64,000 bases of DNA from Gammaproteobacteria bacterium (GTDB lineage Bacteria > Pseudomonadota > Gammaproteobacteria > Ga0077554 > Ga007554), in contig JAHFRW010000005.1 of NCBI GenBank assembly GCA_023266055.1, forward strand, positions 13,106 through 77,105. The letters run 5' to 3'. Below, piece by piece: positions 38,492-50,370 of the stretch (its first letter is position 1; every line of letters begins with the position of its first letter). The translations under genes were made by a program, and so were the position numbers. The notes beneath the pieces are model-generated. The model was given only the letters and a program-made list of their open reading frames with translations. It did no database searches and had not been told where the DNA came from.

Positions 38492-40522
38492 CTAATCTTT
38501 TGGCTTATCCTCCGCAATATTCTTCGGCGCTATGAAAAAATCCAGCGGCGCGGCCGCAAAGCGTGTGAGCAGTGCCTTGATCAATTTTGGCCATTGCGTG
38601 ACACGCACCTGACGCGAGCGTAGTGCGACGAAGAGCGCCAGGGAGAAGCTTACCAGCAGATTTACCGCACCAATGCTCAAGACCCCTACAAACGAAATAA
38701 CCGTAGTTTGCCATGTTATATAATGTTCCAGGCCAACTAATGCAGTGGCGAAATTGGCGGAAGAAAAGGCAATATGGCGAATGTCGATAGGCAAACCGAG
38801 CAGGAAGCCCAGGGTGCCCATGCTGCCAAGAAACACGCCAAAATAAAAGTTACCCATGAGTCCGCCCAGATTATTTTCAATATAACCTGCAAATTTTACC
38901 TGGCGGGTTTCACCCAGCAGGCGACGCAGCCAATGTAGCTGCGCGATACGGAGGGGAATGTGTGCGTAGGCTGCCTTGTTGTCGTAGTAACCTGAAATCA
39001 ACCCCGCCACAAACAGGCACACCCCTGCAATAGCGGCATGAAATAGCGCAAGGCTGTGCAGGGGATCAATGTCGTGCAACATGTGTTCGGCTTTTCCCGG
39101 TGTTACTAGGTGCTGGCCTTGTATGGAAAAATATCCCCAGGCAATCATATAGGCGATGGGGAAGGCGATAATGATGTTGCCCAGCACGGCGACGAACTGG
39201 GTGCGTATTACTTTCGCGATCAGTTCCACTAGGCTATCGGTATCGATATGGCGGCCGTCGCGGCTGTGCAGTCCGGCGGCAATGCGGGAGGCAGTCATGG
39301 CCGGTTGCTTGGTCGCGATCGTGAAATGCAGCACGTGAATCAGCATAAAACCCAGTGAGTAATTCATGCTGTAAATAAAGGCTTCTACCAGGGGTGCTGC
39401 ACGCAGGTAGGATGCGAGCGTCTTGAGGGTGGCCATAAAACCAATGATAAAGCCCGCACCGGCAGCCGCGCGAAACATGGCGGTATATTCGCTGCGATTT
39501 TCCGCGACATAGTGTTCGCCCGTGCGACTGGCATTTTCCGTGACGTTGCGTGCCAGCAGGTTGATGTTGCTGGCGAACAGGTCTCGCATTACATACTTGC
39601 GATTATGTGCCTCAACCAGTTCCAGGCCCAGCGCCAGGGCGGCATCGTTGCGTGAAATGTGTTCGCCATTGACGACCACGCTTTTTGCTGTGATGGGGGC
39701 GGGTAAATCATGGGTGACATCCACCAGCACCAGCAGTTTGCGTAACCGGTCAATGCTTTGGGTCAGCCGTACCAGCAAATAGGTGAGCGCGACGCTGGTG
39801 CCCTGCCGCAGGACCACCGTCTCGCACTGCTCCAGCATGACCAGTAAATGTCTGGTATCTTCCGGTGGCTTGGGGTCGCCGCTCAGGAAGCGGTTGTAAT
39901 CATTGAGATAGCGTAGTGTTTCAACATTCTGCATCAAAAACGGTGATTCAAATGTTTTGAGATCCAGTTTGTTGCGAATTAATTCGGGTTCCAGCCCCAT
40001 CGCGCTAATGCGGTAAGACAAGGCCTGGATGGCGCCCAGCAACTGCATGATGGTTTTTTTTCGGTTTACAGCGTCTCCCTGCCCGGTGCCTGCAGTCGCC
40101 AATGTGTTATACAGCGCCAGCCAGTCATCCGCAGGCACGCCGCTCATCCACAGGTAATCAGTATTGACAGGCAGTATTCGATCCAGGCAGTCACGCAGGT
40201 AACGATCATCTACCGCCGGGGGTAACATGCGATAGGAAAGGCGCTGAAACAGCTCAGTAAAGAAGCCGTTGCTGGAGAGAATGCCGGTATCGGTATAGAG
40301 GCTGCTCTGGTGTCGTGTCGAAAATACGCGCAGTAGATAATGGCGGAGGGCAATGGCGTGGCTTTCCTTGCCCTGCAGTAGCTGTGTGAGGGTGCGGACA
40401 TTGGCGATAGCTTGATCAATTTGATGTGGCTTGTCCGGACGTAATTTCCGGACGAGTTCCGTCAGACCGTCAATGGCGTCGGTGTCAGGGTTGTCGGCGA
40501 TGCGTTCAAGTAGGGCCAGCAT
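38492..40522 (-). CDS. large polytopic membrane protein of the family historically annotated 'site-specific recombinase' (Gcr/PF10136-like)
   Basis: 676 aa with a long helical N-terminal region and a multi-TM C-terminus. Family assignment is from memory only. Confidence 0.45.
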   Translation of the reverse strand: MLALLERIADNPDTDAIDGLTELVRKLRPDKPHQIDQAIANVRTLTQLLQGKESHAIALRHYLLRVFSTRHQSSLYTDTGILSSNGFFTELFQRLSYRMLPPAVDDRYLRDCLDRILPVNTDYLWMSGVPADDWLALYNTLATAGTGQGDAVNRKKTIMQLLGAIQALSYRISAMGLEPELIRNKLDLKTFESPFLMQNVETLRYLNDYNRFLSGDPKPPEDTRHLLVMLEQCETVVLRQGTSVALTYLLVRLTQSIDRLRKLLVLVDVTHDLPAPITAKSVVVNGEHISRNDAALALGLELVEAHNRKYVMRDLFASNINLLARNVTENASRTGEHYVAENRSEYTAMFRAAAGAGFIIGFMATLKTLASYLRAAPLVEAFIYSMNYSLGFMLIHVLHFTIATKQPAMTASRIAAGLHSRDGRHIDTDSLVELIAKVIRTQFVAVLGNIIIAFPIAYMIAWGYFSIQGQHLVTPGKAEHMLHDIDPLHSLALFHAAIAGVCLFVAGLISGYYDNKAAYAHIPLRIAQLHWLRRLLGETRQVKFAGYIENNLGGLMGNFYFGVFLGSMGTLGFLLGLPIDIRHIAFSSANFATALVGLEHYITWQTTVISFVGVLSIGAVNLLVSFSLALFVALRSRQVRVTQWPKLIKALLTRFAAAPLDFFIAPKNIAEDKPKD

Positions 40523-40975
40523 TCAAAAAGTACAGTGCCAGTTCAGGCCAAGAGGGAGAGTTTACGAGGTGTGGGAGTGATAGGCAAGTGATGGACTCCG
40601 ATACTGATGAGCATCGCTGCGGGCATTTGGCTTGAGTATTTAAGGTGATGTTGGACGGATATGGCGGGTGGTGGTTTGATATGTGAGCACTATGTATAGA
40701 TTAGGGTGCGTATTCGGCATATTTTGACAAAGCCTGACAATTTTTTATTGCTTACTTTTTTCAAGGCCAGTATCTTTAGCGAGTGTCGGATGATGTGGTT
40801 GCATAGTGGGCTTGTCGTTATCTTTGCGCGCATTTATCTGTGTTCTTGAATTATTGCAAGACAGTGGAATAATCCGGATGGGAACGTTGATCAGGGGGCG
40901 TCACTTGACAACACCGGCGATTAAGCCATTATTTGGCTCAACATGTAAATGTGATGGGTGGGGCGATGCATATGA

Positions 40976-41772
40976 AAATTAAAAGTCTTGGTGCGTGCGT
41001 ACTGGTGGTGATGTCGTGTTTTTCCTCTTGGGTGTATGCCGTACCGATTGCGCTTGACCCGATTTTGCCCGGTGTATTTAACAACGGTAATGGCGTTAAC
41101 AGCGATTGGGTGCAAGTGAATCGGAACTGGAAGGGGTTGAGTTATTATGATGCCAGCTCCCCCTATTTTAATACTAATGGTATAAATGAATTGCGTGATT
41201 ATAATGCGGCCATGACAATGGATCGCGGTCCGTTGGGCGTCACTCAGGGTCTATACAACACCTGGACTGGTACGGTTGCAAACATTAATTTTGCAGATCA
41301 GGTGTTTAATAATGTGTGGGGCAGTGTGTGGGGTGATCGTCCCCTGGCGCCTGTGTTCACGGACAATTATCAGGACAATTTCGCTGTTCGTTTTACCGGT
41401 TATCTTGCCATTCCTGTGGCGGGTGAATATAACCTGGGCGTGTTGTTCGACGATGGCTTCCGCTTCGAGCTTATGGGAGATGGTGGTGCATCCGTGGTTT
41501 TATCCAAGGATGGACTGAATCCTCCCTGGGATATCATGAGCTTTGCTGATCCGCTATTGTTGGGCGTTGGCTTGTATGCTTTCAGTCTGGACAGCTACGA
41601 GCATTGGGAAGCCGGGGTGATCAGTTTGCTATGGCAGACAGCCAGTGGTGCGGATTGGAGTGTTATCCCCGATGACAGGTTTTTTACCCAGATACCAGAG
41701 CCTGCTACCTGGGGTATACTGCTGATCGGTTTTGTGGCTATGGCGGCGGCGCAACGCAAAAAAAAGCGCTAG
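40976..41772 (+). CDS. PEP-CTERM exosortase-sorted secreted protein with a PA14-like domain
   Basis: Signal peptide MKIKSLGACVLVVMSCFSSWVYA. PA14-like FAVRFTGYLAIPVAGEYNLGVLFDDGFRFEL. C-terminal PEPATWGILLIGFVAMAAAQRKKKR (PEP motif, TM, basic tail). Confidence 0.8.
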
Positions 41773-41776
41773 TGAC

Positions 41777-42709
41777 TTACCAGACGCTGATCAGGGTCAA
41801 TGTTCCAAGGCAGTAGCGATAGTTTGCGCTGCCTTGCCCTGTGCTTAATCCGCCCGCGTTGGAGCAGCTTGCCTTGGCTTCCAGTCCCAGCAACTCCGAA
41901 AACCAGCCTTTGATTTTCACCTCACCGTAAAACAGGCCGTTGCTATCCGTGCTGTCGATATCCTGCATCCCGGCACCTACCAGTGCGCCTGCACTCCAGC
42001 GCTCCGCGAGTATCGAACGGGTATAGCCCACCAGCGCCATGTATTCCCTTAGTTTACGGGGGCTGAAATAGCCAATCCCGCGAAAATCGCTGTCCACCCA
42101 CTTGACGCGCCCCTGTACATTGAGACCTTCGATTTGCGGGAGACTGTAAATGATACGGGCGACCTTGCCGGTGCGGTTATTGCTATCGGAAATGGATTGC
42201 GTATAGAGTGCGCCTACCAAGGTTAGCTCCGGGGTCAGTGCGTAGTCCACGGAGGCGCTGTAGGTGTCGGCACGATAACGGGATCGGATCGCGGTCACTG
42301 TATCAATGATGTCACGCTGGACAGACGCCTCCAAGTACCAGGGCCTCGGTGTTTTGTAGCTTATATTTACTTCACCCAGCGTGGGTGACCAGTCGCCGGA
42401 GAGTTGTGTAATGTCAACGCGGGAGCGCCATTGCCGCGCAGGGCCGGTATCATACTGAAGTTTCAGTGCGTCGAATTGCTCTTTGCCAACAGCGTCATTG
42501 AGTCGCCATTGTCCCAGTCGAATACCCGCTATGCCACCCGCCAAGGGTTTATCAACCGATTGATCCACTCCCAGATAATAACGCCATTGCCGTGCATTAT
42601 CGCTGTCATCGGAATACAGGTTGTCCATGATCACGCGTGCAGCGTTTGCTTCGGTTGCTACCAGGCACAACAGAAGCAGGCCGATGCTTTTCCCTATTTG
42701 GTTCCCCAT
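41777..42709 (-). CDS. outer-membrane beta-barrel protein (YaiO-like), co-transcribed with the GT2 synthase
   Basis: Signal peptide, beta-strand-rich, terminal W. 16-bp overlap with the upstream GT2 gene. The E. coli yaiP-yaiO pair has the same GT2-plus-barrel architecture. Confidence 0.55.
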   Translation of the reverse strand: MGNQIGKSIGLLLLCLVATEANAARVIMDNLYSDDSDNARQWRYYLGVDQSVDKPLAGGIAGIRLGQWRLNDAVGKEQFDALKLQYDTGPARQWRSRVDITQLSGDWSPTLGEVNISYKTPRPWYLEASVQRDIIDTVTAIRSRYRADTYSASVDYALTPELTLVGALYTQSISDSNNRTGKVARIIYSLPQIEGLNVQGRVKWVDSDFRGIGYFSPRKLREYMALVGYTRSILAERWSAGALVGAGMQDIDSTDSNGLFYGEVKIKGWFSELLGLEAKASCSNAGGLSTGQGSANYRYCLGTLTLISVW

Positions 42710-44064
42710 TTCTTCCTCATATTGAAGAGCTCGGCGGAATAACCCACCAGGCTGGCGGGTGACATCAGCAGCTGATAGATCAATGTGTACCAGAGAAAAC
42801 CGGCAAGATTGCGCCGTACCTTAAGGCCGTATTGGCGGAAGATCGAGCGCTGGTGTGTGAACATGATGGTGTTAACCAGCAATATCAGCGGGATCAGGAT
42901 CAGGGTTAACAGGCCAACCACGAGATAGTATTGAAAAAACACCGCCGCAATGAGACCCGGCACAAGCACTAGCAGGAATGCCAGGTCCAGATAAGGGAAC
43001 AGCAGATTGAGGTAGATAAAAGGCGTGTTGAATCTTGGTTTGATCAACACGCCAGGGTGATGTTTAAAGGCTTCGATGAGGCCGCGAGACCACCGTTTGC
43101 GCTGGCGGTAAAACTGTTTGTAGGATTCGGGAACATTGGTGAAAACGAAAGCGTTTTCCGCGTAACCGATACGGTAACCTTTGGTTAGCATGCCCCAGGT
43201 CAGCACGATATCTTCGCCTAATGTGGGCGGCCAGCCGCCCAGTTCCTCAAGAATATTCCGGCGATAAATGGAAAAAGCGCCTTGTGCCACCAGCGTGCCC
43301 TGGAATAACGACTGGATTCTTTTGGTGACGGCGATGCCGTGGAAATAGTCCCATTCCTGCAGGCGTGTGAGGAAATTCTTGCGGGAGTTGCGTACCAGCA
43401 CGGTGCCTGCTACTGCGGCAGTGCTGGACGGGCCATCGACCAGATGACGTACGATAGCCGCAAGACTACCCTGTCGCATCCAGGTATCGGCGTCCACAGT
43501 AACGATCAGGTCATGTTTTGCTTGCTTGAGCCCCGTATTAAGTGCGTTGGCCTTACCGTTATTTTTCGGTACGCGAACCAGTTGCAGGGTAAAGTGGGGG
43601 TGTGGGTGTGTTTGCCCCATGATATCTTTCACGATGGCTGCCGTGCGGTCGGTGGAGCCATCATCAATGACAATGATTTCTACTGGAGAGTGATACTCCT
43701 GTCGTAACAGGGTATCGAGTGTTCCCGCCAGCGAGGACTCTTCATTGTAGGCCGCAACCAGAATGGAAACGGGTGGGAGCGGGTGTTTATGCTGATAAAC
43801 CGGGCGCTTATCAAGGAGCAGGCCGGCCACCAGAAAGGCGTTGGCAAACCCGGGAATGAGTGCTACCCCGATGACTGCCAGCCACGCTGGAATCGGTGTG
43901 ACCACGCTCGATAAATCATCTATCCAGGGCAAGGCAAGATACAGGCTCAGTCCGCACCACGCAAATGCGGCCAGGGTGGCCAGAACGAGCTTGTAACTGA
44001 CAGGAAGATACGCCCTGCGTTTGTCAGCAGGAGGGGTAGAATGGGTACTTTCCTTGTCCATCAT
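42694..44064 (-). CDS. processive family-2 glycosyltransferase (PgaC/NodC/YaiP-like polysaccharide synthase), membrane-embedded
   Basis: N-terminal TMs, VEIIVIDDGSTDRT, TVDADT (DxD), QRKRWSRG (QxxRW), and a multi-TM C-terminus. Confidence 0.8.
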   Translation of the reverse strand: MMDKESTHSTPPADKRRAYLPVSYKLVLATLAAFAWCGLSLYLALPWIDDLSSVVTPIPAWLAVIGVALIPGFANAFLVAGLLLDKRPVYQHKHPLPPVSILVAAYNEESSLAGTLDTLLRQEYHSPVEIIVIDDGSTDRTAAIVKDIMGQTHPHPHFTLQLVRVPKNNGKANALNTGLKQAKHDLIVTVDADTWMRQGSLAAIVRHLVDGPSSTAAVAGTVLVRNSRKNFLTRLQEWDYFHGIAVTKRIQSLFQGTLVAQGAFSIYRRNILEELGGWPPTLGEDIVLTWGMLTKGYRIGYAENAFVFTNVPESYKQFYRQRKRWSRGLIEAFKHHPGVLIKPRFNTPFIYLNLLFPYLDLAFLLVLVPGLIAAVFFQYYLVVGLLTLILIPLILLVNTIMFTHQRSIFRQYGLKVRRNLAGFLWYTLIYQLLMSPASLVGYSAELFNMRKKWGTK

Positions 44065-44290
44065 TCGCTTGTGTTCCTCAGTCGCTCACGTGCTGCGTGC
44101 TGCAACGCCCTTCATCGCATCTTCTCAAGTTTCTACGGAGTTTGTCAACTTATGGGCGGCGGCATCCGAAAAGCAACTGTGTCGCCGTGCAATTATTACT
44201 TTTCTGGTTGGAGTTTATGCGATATTTTAAGTCGGGTCGGCCGTGTTCGGCGCCTGCTTTTTCAATGCTTGTCTTTTGTCTCATGGGAAT

Positions 44291-44322
44291 CTCTAAAAAT
44301 TCCATCCCTGGAATTTTTAGAG
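44291..44322 (+). repeat. perfect palindrome CTCTAAAAATTCCA-tccct-GGAATTTTTAGAG
   Basis: 14-bp arms, seen directly. Shares the CTCTAAWAATT core with the hairpins in the 104-bp repeat and at 31908-31980. Confidence 0.7.
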
Positions 44323-44335
44323 AAGAAAAGCAAAA

Positions 44336-44439
44336 ATGTCATTTTTTCTTTTCTTCATTTATCAATCACTTGAGTGATTGATAAATGGCGGCACATCCCT
44401 GCGCCGCACGGGCACCCCTAATTATTAGAGGTGCCCTCA
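44336..44439 (-). repeat. copy B of the ~104-bp structured repeat (inverted relative to copy A at 5582-5685)
   Basis: Contains CATTTATCAATCACT-tg-AGTGATTGATAAATG (15-bp stem) and GGGCACCCCTAATTATTAGAGGTGCCC. About 90% identical to copy A, with compensatory stem changes. Confidence 0.75.
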
Positions 44440-44607
44440 TGCTATATTCGCTTTGCCGATCAGTTCATGGCGTGAATGGCGCACGTTTCAATGACGTGGG
44501 CGGGGCTTGTGGTAATGTGTCATCATCACCCAAGGTGTTTGTCATATGGTGGCCTGTGTTAGACTCGCCGTATTCAATCAGGCCTTTTTGATTCATGTCC
44601 TTATAAT

Positions 44608-45264
44608 ATGATCAGCCCTTCCGACCCTTCTCGGCATCCTGCGCTGGCCGCGTCCCTGGCGCGCGGTCTGGAGCAGATGGCGTTGCCTTTGCCGGCTGCG
44701 GTGCAGGAAAAATTGCTGGCCTATGTCGGGCTGCTCGTCAAATGGAATCGTGTCTATAACCTTACCGCGGTGCGTGATCCGGCCGAGATGGTAACGCGCC
44801 ATCTGCTGGATAGTTTGTCGGTGGTGCCGCACATGCAGGGGCCGCGTGTGCTGGATGTCGGTAGTGGCGCCGGCTTGCCGGGTATTCCCCTGGCGCTGGT
44901 CAAGCCGGAATGGCAGTTTGTGCTGCTCGACAGCAATGGCAAAAAGACCCGCTTTATTACCCAATCCTGCATCGAGATGGGGTTGAGCAATGTGAGTGTA
45001 GAAACCTGTAGAATCGAGGATTATCGGCCCCAAGTTCCGTTTGATAGCGTTATTTCACGGGCATTTTCCGAATTATCGGCGATGCTTGTTGCCACGGGCC
45101 GGTTATGTCAACCTGAGGGTGTCATGTTGGCCATGAAGGGTGAATATCCCGCGCAGGAGCTGGCGGTGGTGCCTCCCGGGTTTGTCGTGCAATCGGTGAG
45201 CGTTTTGCAAGTGCCGGGGCTCGATGCGCAACGGCATGTGGTGCGTGTTGCCTTACAGGCGTAG
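44608..45264 (+). CDS. rsmG: 16S rRNA (guanine527-N7)-methyltransferase RsmG (GidB)
   Basis: LLVKWNRVYNLTAVRDPAEMVTRHLLDSL, SAM-binding LDVGSGAGLPGIPLA. Confidence 0.9.
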   Translation: MISPSDPSRHPALAASLARGLEQMALPLPAAVQEKLLAYVGLLVKWNRVYNLTAVRDPAEMVTRHLLDSLSVVPHMQGPRVLDVGSGAGLPGIPLALVKPEWQFVLLDSNGKKTRFITQSCIEMGLSNVSVETCRIEDYRPQVPFDSVISRAFSELSAMLVATGRLCQPEGVMLAMKGEYPAQELAVVPPGFVVQSVSVLQVPGLDAQRHVVRVALQA

Positions 45265-45300
45265 AATGTCCGGCATGCCGTGAAGGGAGCCGTAGCGAGA

Positions 45301-46077
45301 ATGGGCAAAATTATTGCCATAACAAATCAAAAAGGTGGGGTGGGTAAAACCACCACCAGCGTCAATCTTGCTGCGTCTCTGGCGGCGACCAGGCGCCGTG
45401 TGTTGCTGGTCGATCTTGATCCGCAAGGTAATGCCACCATGGGAAGTGGCGTCGATAAAAAGATGCTGGAGTACTCCAGTTACGACCTGTTGCTGGGTGA
45501 GCGCGACATGGCGGCGGTCACCGTCGTCACACCACACGCGGGGTACGCGCTGGTGCCCTCCAATGCCGATCTCACGGCGGCGGAGGTGCAGCTGATGTCC
45601 ATACCGCAGCGTGAACTGCGGTTGCGTCAGGCGCTGGAGTCCGTGTTGTCCTCGTATGACTATATATTGATTGATTGTCCGCCGTCGCTGAACATGCTGA
45701 CGGTTAACGCGCTGGTTGCGGCGCACTCTGTCATCATTCCCATGCAGTGCGAATACTATGCGTTGGAGGGGTTGTCGGCGCTGCTGGAAACCATAGATCA
45801 AATACGCGCCACCCTTAATCCACAGATCAAAATTGAGGGTTTGCTGCGTACCATGTATGACCCGCGCAACAACCTTGCCAGCGAAGTATCGGAGCAGCTT
45901 GCCCAGCATTTTGGTGATGCGCTTTACCGCACCGTGATTCCGCGTAATGTGCGGCTGGCCGAGGCGCCCAGTCATGGTCTGCCGGTATTGTTGTATGATA
46001 AAACTTCACGTGGCGCGCTGGCGTATCTGGCGCTGGCGGGCGAAATGCTGCGGCGCGAAGCGCTTGCCAGCGCTTGA
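45301..46077 (+). CDS. parA: chromosome partitioning ATPase ParA/Soj
   Basis: MGKIIAITNQKGGVGKTTTSVNLAASLA carries the deviant Walker A. Confidence 0.92.
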   Translation: MGKIIAITNQKGGVGKTTTSVNLAASLAATRRRVLLVDLDPQGNATMGSGVDKKMLEYSSYDLLLGERDMAAVTVVTPHAGYALVPSNADLTAAEVQLMSIPQRELRLRQALESVLSSYDYILIDCPPSLNMLTVNALVAAHSVIIPMQCEYYALEGLSALLETIDQIRATLNPQIKIEGLLRTMYDPRNNLASEVSEQLAQHFGDALYRTVIPRNVRLAEAPSHGLPVLLYDKTSRGALAYLALAGEMLRREALASA

Positions 46078-46189
46078 GTAGGCGGCGCCTGGCGATGTGC
46101 GAATAATAATACGGGTCTGCATCAAAGCGGCCGACCCGGGTTAAGTCCCAAATCTCATGAAGCGTCTGAATCAACTTTAGGAAATTGCA

Positions 46190-47122
46190 ATGCCCATTAA
46201 AAAACGCGGCCTGGGCAGAGGGTTGGATGCCCTGCTGGGGAGTATCGCATCTTCCCGTCCCATGCCCGGCGATGAGCCTCCCGATCATCCCTCCGGTGTG
46301 CAGACAGACGAATTGCGGCAACTGCCGGTCGATCTGATCCAGCGTGGCAAATACCAGCCGCGCACCGACATGCGCACGGAAAGCCTGGAAGATCTCGCCA
46401 GCTCCATCCGCGCCCAGGGTGTCGTTCAGCCTATTGTGGTGCGCCTGTTGCCGCCTGTGCCGGGGCGTGAGGCGTCACTGGCGCCGCGTCGTTACGAGAT
46501 CATTGCCGGTGAGCGTCGCTGGCGCGCTGCCCAGCTGGCGGGCTTGCAGGACATTCCTGCCATTGTGCGAGATGTGCCTGACGCCGCCGCCATTGCCATG
46601 GCGCTCATCGAGAATATCCAGCGCGAAAACCTCAGCCCCATGGAAGAGGCCGTTGCGTTGCAGCGACTGATTGACGAATTTCAGATGACTCACCAGGACG
46701 CCGCCGATGCGGTGGGCCGTTCGCGCGCTGCTGTCACCAATCTGCTGCGACTGCTGGGGCTGGTGGATGATGTGAAGCGCATGGTTGCGCGCGGTGGCCT
46801 GGAAATGGGCCATGCGCGTGCCCTGCTCGGACTGGAGGGCGCCGCCCAGCTTGCAGCGGCCCGGCAAGTGGTGGCGCAAAAATTGTCAGTGCGTGAAACT
46901 GAGCAATTAGTGCGCCGCATGCAACAATCCGGCGCGCCGCGCGCCGCGTCAGACAAGTCAAGCATGGTGCCGGATCCCAATATTCGCAATTTACAGGAAA
47001 ATTTGTCGGCAAAAATAGGCGCGAAGGTCGATATACAGTACACTCAGCGTGGCAAGGGCAAGCTGGTGATCCATTACGGCAGTCTCGACGAATTGGATGG
47101 CATTTTAGAGCACATTAAATAG
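46190..47122 (+). CDS. parB: chromosome partitioning protein ParB/Spo0J
   Basis: MPIKKRGLGRGLDALLG...ParB box IIAGERRWRAAQLAG, HTH and dimerisation domains. Confidence 0.92.
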   Translation: MPIKKRGLGRGLDALLGSIASSRPMPGDEPPDHPSGVQTDELRQLPVDLIQRGKYQPRTDMRTESLEDLASSIRAQGVVQPIVVRLLPPVPGREASLAPRRYEIIAGERRWRAAQLAGLQDIPAIVRDVPDAAAIAMALIENIQRENLSPMEEAVALQRLIDEFQMTHQDAADAVGRSRAAVTNLLRLLGLVDDVKRMVARGGLEMGHARALLGLEGAAQLAAARQVVAQKLSVRETEQLVRRMQQSGAPRAASDKSSMVPDPNIRNLQENLSAKIGAKVDIQYTQRGKGKLVIHYGSLDELDGILEHIK

Positions 47123-47277
47123 CCTCTGGCGTTTCCCGTTGAGCGATTCCCCGTCAGTGGATGGCGGATGCGGGCCAAAAAGGCGCGCTTTTTTGCGGCT
47201 TCAGGGTTGTGGCGCACCTGTCTCGGGTGTTAGAATGCCGCCCGTCTTTTTCTTTGTTTGCCTTGGTGTGATGCGAG

Positions 47278-47478
47278 ATGAAAAACCCGCCCCGCGTAGG
47301 CCTGTTGCTGGTGGGTGTTGGCACCCACATGGCGGCGATGGTCATCATGGGTTTCGTGCTGGGCTATGCGCTGGACGCCTGGCTGGGTAGCCAGCCGTGG
47401 TTTATGCTGCTTCTGGGTGGAATGGGGTTTGTAGGTGGAATCCTCAAGGCGCATAAGATGTTGAGCAGATGGGGTTAG
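47278..47478 (+). CDS. AtpZ/AtpI-family small membrane protein preceding the F-ATPase operon
   Basis: 66 aa, two TM helices, position immediately 5' of atpI. Confidence 0.6.
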   Translation: MKNPPRVGLLLVGVGTHMAAMVIMGFVLGYALDAWLGSQPWFMLLLGGMGFVGGILKAHKMLSRWG

Positions 47479-47879
47479 TCCTGAACAACGCAAGGGATGA
47501 CGCAAGCGGTGCCGGGCAAGATACGGCCAGGCAAACCCGCAGCATTATCGCTGCACAGATCGTGATCGGTGCATTGGTGGCGGCAGGATTTGGCATGGCC
47601 CACGGCATGGCGGGTGCGCAGGCGGCATTATATGGCGCGTTTGTCAGCGTATTTGTTGCCACCCTGTTGCGGCGCGGCATAAATCGCGCCAGCCAGATTG
47701 CCGGGCAAGACCCGAAAACAGCCATGCTGACGCTTTACGTGGGCGCCGTGGTGCGCTTTGTGCTGGTGCTGATACTGTTTGGTGTAGGGCTGGCAGGGTT
47801 AAAGCTTTTGCCGTTGCCCGTGATTGTCGGGTTTGGTCTGGCGCAGTGTGCGTACCTGATAGGCATGCGCCGGGCATGA
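47469..47879 (+). CDS. atpI: ATP synthase protein I
   Basis: 136-aa four-helix membrane protein directly upstream of atpB. Confidence 0.65.
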   Translation: MGLVLNNARDDASGAGQDTARQTRSIIAAQIVIGALVAAGFGMAHGMAGAQAALYGAFVSVFVATLLRRGINRASQIAGQDPKTAMLTLYVGAVVRFVLVLILFGVGLAGLKLLPLPVIVGFGLAQCAYLIGMRRA

Positions 47880-47972
47880 TGCGCGGCGCGTACCGCCGCT
47901 CCCGGCAAGTGTTGGATAAAAAAGAATTTGCAGAGGTTACCGGGCATGAATGGTCAGGTGATCCGGTTATAA

Positions 47973-48857
<885 letters not shown>

Positions 48858-48870
48858 CAACAGTTTTTAG

Positions 48871-49206
<336 letters not shown>

Positions 49207-49309
49207 TCTGTCAGCGCCTGTCGTTGCGTCCGGTCCTGTGAAGGTGTGGGTGCAAGGACAGAGACGACCGGATGCCCGTTATAGATAAAGGTGCCAAGAG
49301 GATGACGAC

Positions 49310-49780
49310 GTGAATATAACCGCAACCCTGATTGCCCAGATCATTGCCTTCGTGCTGCTGATCTGGTTCGTGAGCAAGGTGCTATGGGGGCCGATGTCCG
49401 CCATGCTGGCTGAGCGCCAGAAGCGTATCGCAGATGGCTTGGCCGCAGCAGAAAAAGGCAAATCTGATCTGGATCTCGCTGAAAAGCGTGTGCTGGAACA
49501 ATTGCACACTGCCAAAATCAAGGCCGCCGAAATTGTTGCGCAGGCCGAAAAACGTGCGGGTGCAATGGTGGAAGAGGCGCGCGCCACGGCGCGTGTGGAA
49601 GGTGAGCGTTTGGTGACGGCAGCACAGGCCGAAATTGAGCGTGAAGTGAATCGTGCCAGGGAACAATTGCGTGGCCAGGTGAGCGCGGTCGCTGTTGCGG
49701 GTGCTTCCCGGATTCTCAAGCGTGAAATTGATGCCAAGTCGCACAGTGATGTGCTTAACGATGTAATTGCGCAGATCTAG
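49310..49780 (+). CDS. atpF: F0F1 ATP synthase subunit b
   Basis: N-terminal TM then a long charged coiled coil. GTG start. Confidence 0.88.
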   Translation: MNITATLIAQIIAFVLLIWFVSKVLWGPMSAMLAERQKRIADGLAAAEKGKSDLDLAEKRVLEQLHTAKIKAAEIVAQAEKRAGAMVEEARATARVEGERLVTAAQAEIEREVNRAREQLRGQVSAVAVAGASRILKREIDAKSHSDVLNDVIAQI

Positions 49781-49782
49781 CC

Positions 49783-50322
49783 ATGGCCGAAAAAACTACC
49801 GTTGCCCGCCCCTATGCCCAAGCCGTTTTTGATCTGGCGCACAGTAAGGGTGCCTTGAGTGACTGGTCTGATACCTTGCAATTGGCGGTGGCAGTGATTG
49901 CCGATCCTCGGGTGCAGCGTATGATCAGCCACCCGCGTGTACGCAAGGAACAGATACAAAGTCTGGTGCTGGATGTAGGCGGCGCCGGATTCTCTGCGAA
50001 GGCGCAAAATTTTATCAAGGTGTTGATTGAGAACCGACGCCTGGATCTGCTGCCGGAAATCGCTGCGCAATATGAATTGTATCGTGCGGAAGCCGAGCGT
50101 ACCCTCGCGGCGGAGGTCGTTTCCGCGTTTCCTGTCAACAACGAACAGCAAGCCAAGATTATTGCCGCTTTGAAGAAACGTCTGGGGCGTGATATCACAT
50201 TAAGCTGCACGGTAGATGAAACTCTGCTGGGTGGCGCGATTATCCGCGCGGGCGACCTGGTAATTGATGGCTCAATCACGGGGCAATTAACCAAACTTAC
50301 CAGCGCCTTGGCGCATGCGTGA
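49783..50322 (+). CDS. atpH: F0F1 ATP synthase subunit delta
   Basis: MAEKTTVARPYAQAVFDLA is a typical OSCP/delta N-terminus. Confidence 0.9.
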   Translation: MAEKTTVARPYAQAVFDLAHSKGALSDWSDTLQLAVAVIADPRVQRMISHPRVRKEQIQSLVLDVGGAGFSAKAQNFIKVLIENRRLDLLPEIAAQYELYRAEAERTLAAEVVSAFPVNNEQQAKIIAALKKRLGRDITLSCTVDETLLGGAIIRAGDLVIDGSITGQLTKLTSALAHA

Positions 50323-50370
50323 CCCGCACCCACAATCGGATTTACAAGAGATTTATAGAGGATTAAGTAC

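Noticed and set aside
44065-44607. oriC or DnaA boxes in the rsmG-upstream spacer, and parS near parAB
   Set aside because: By eye there is no TTATCCACA-type box cluster and no TGTTNCACGTGAAACA match. I cannot exclude degenerate sites without a computational scan.
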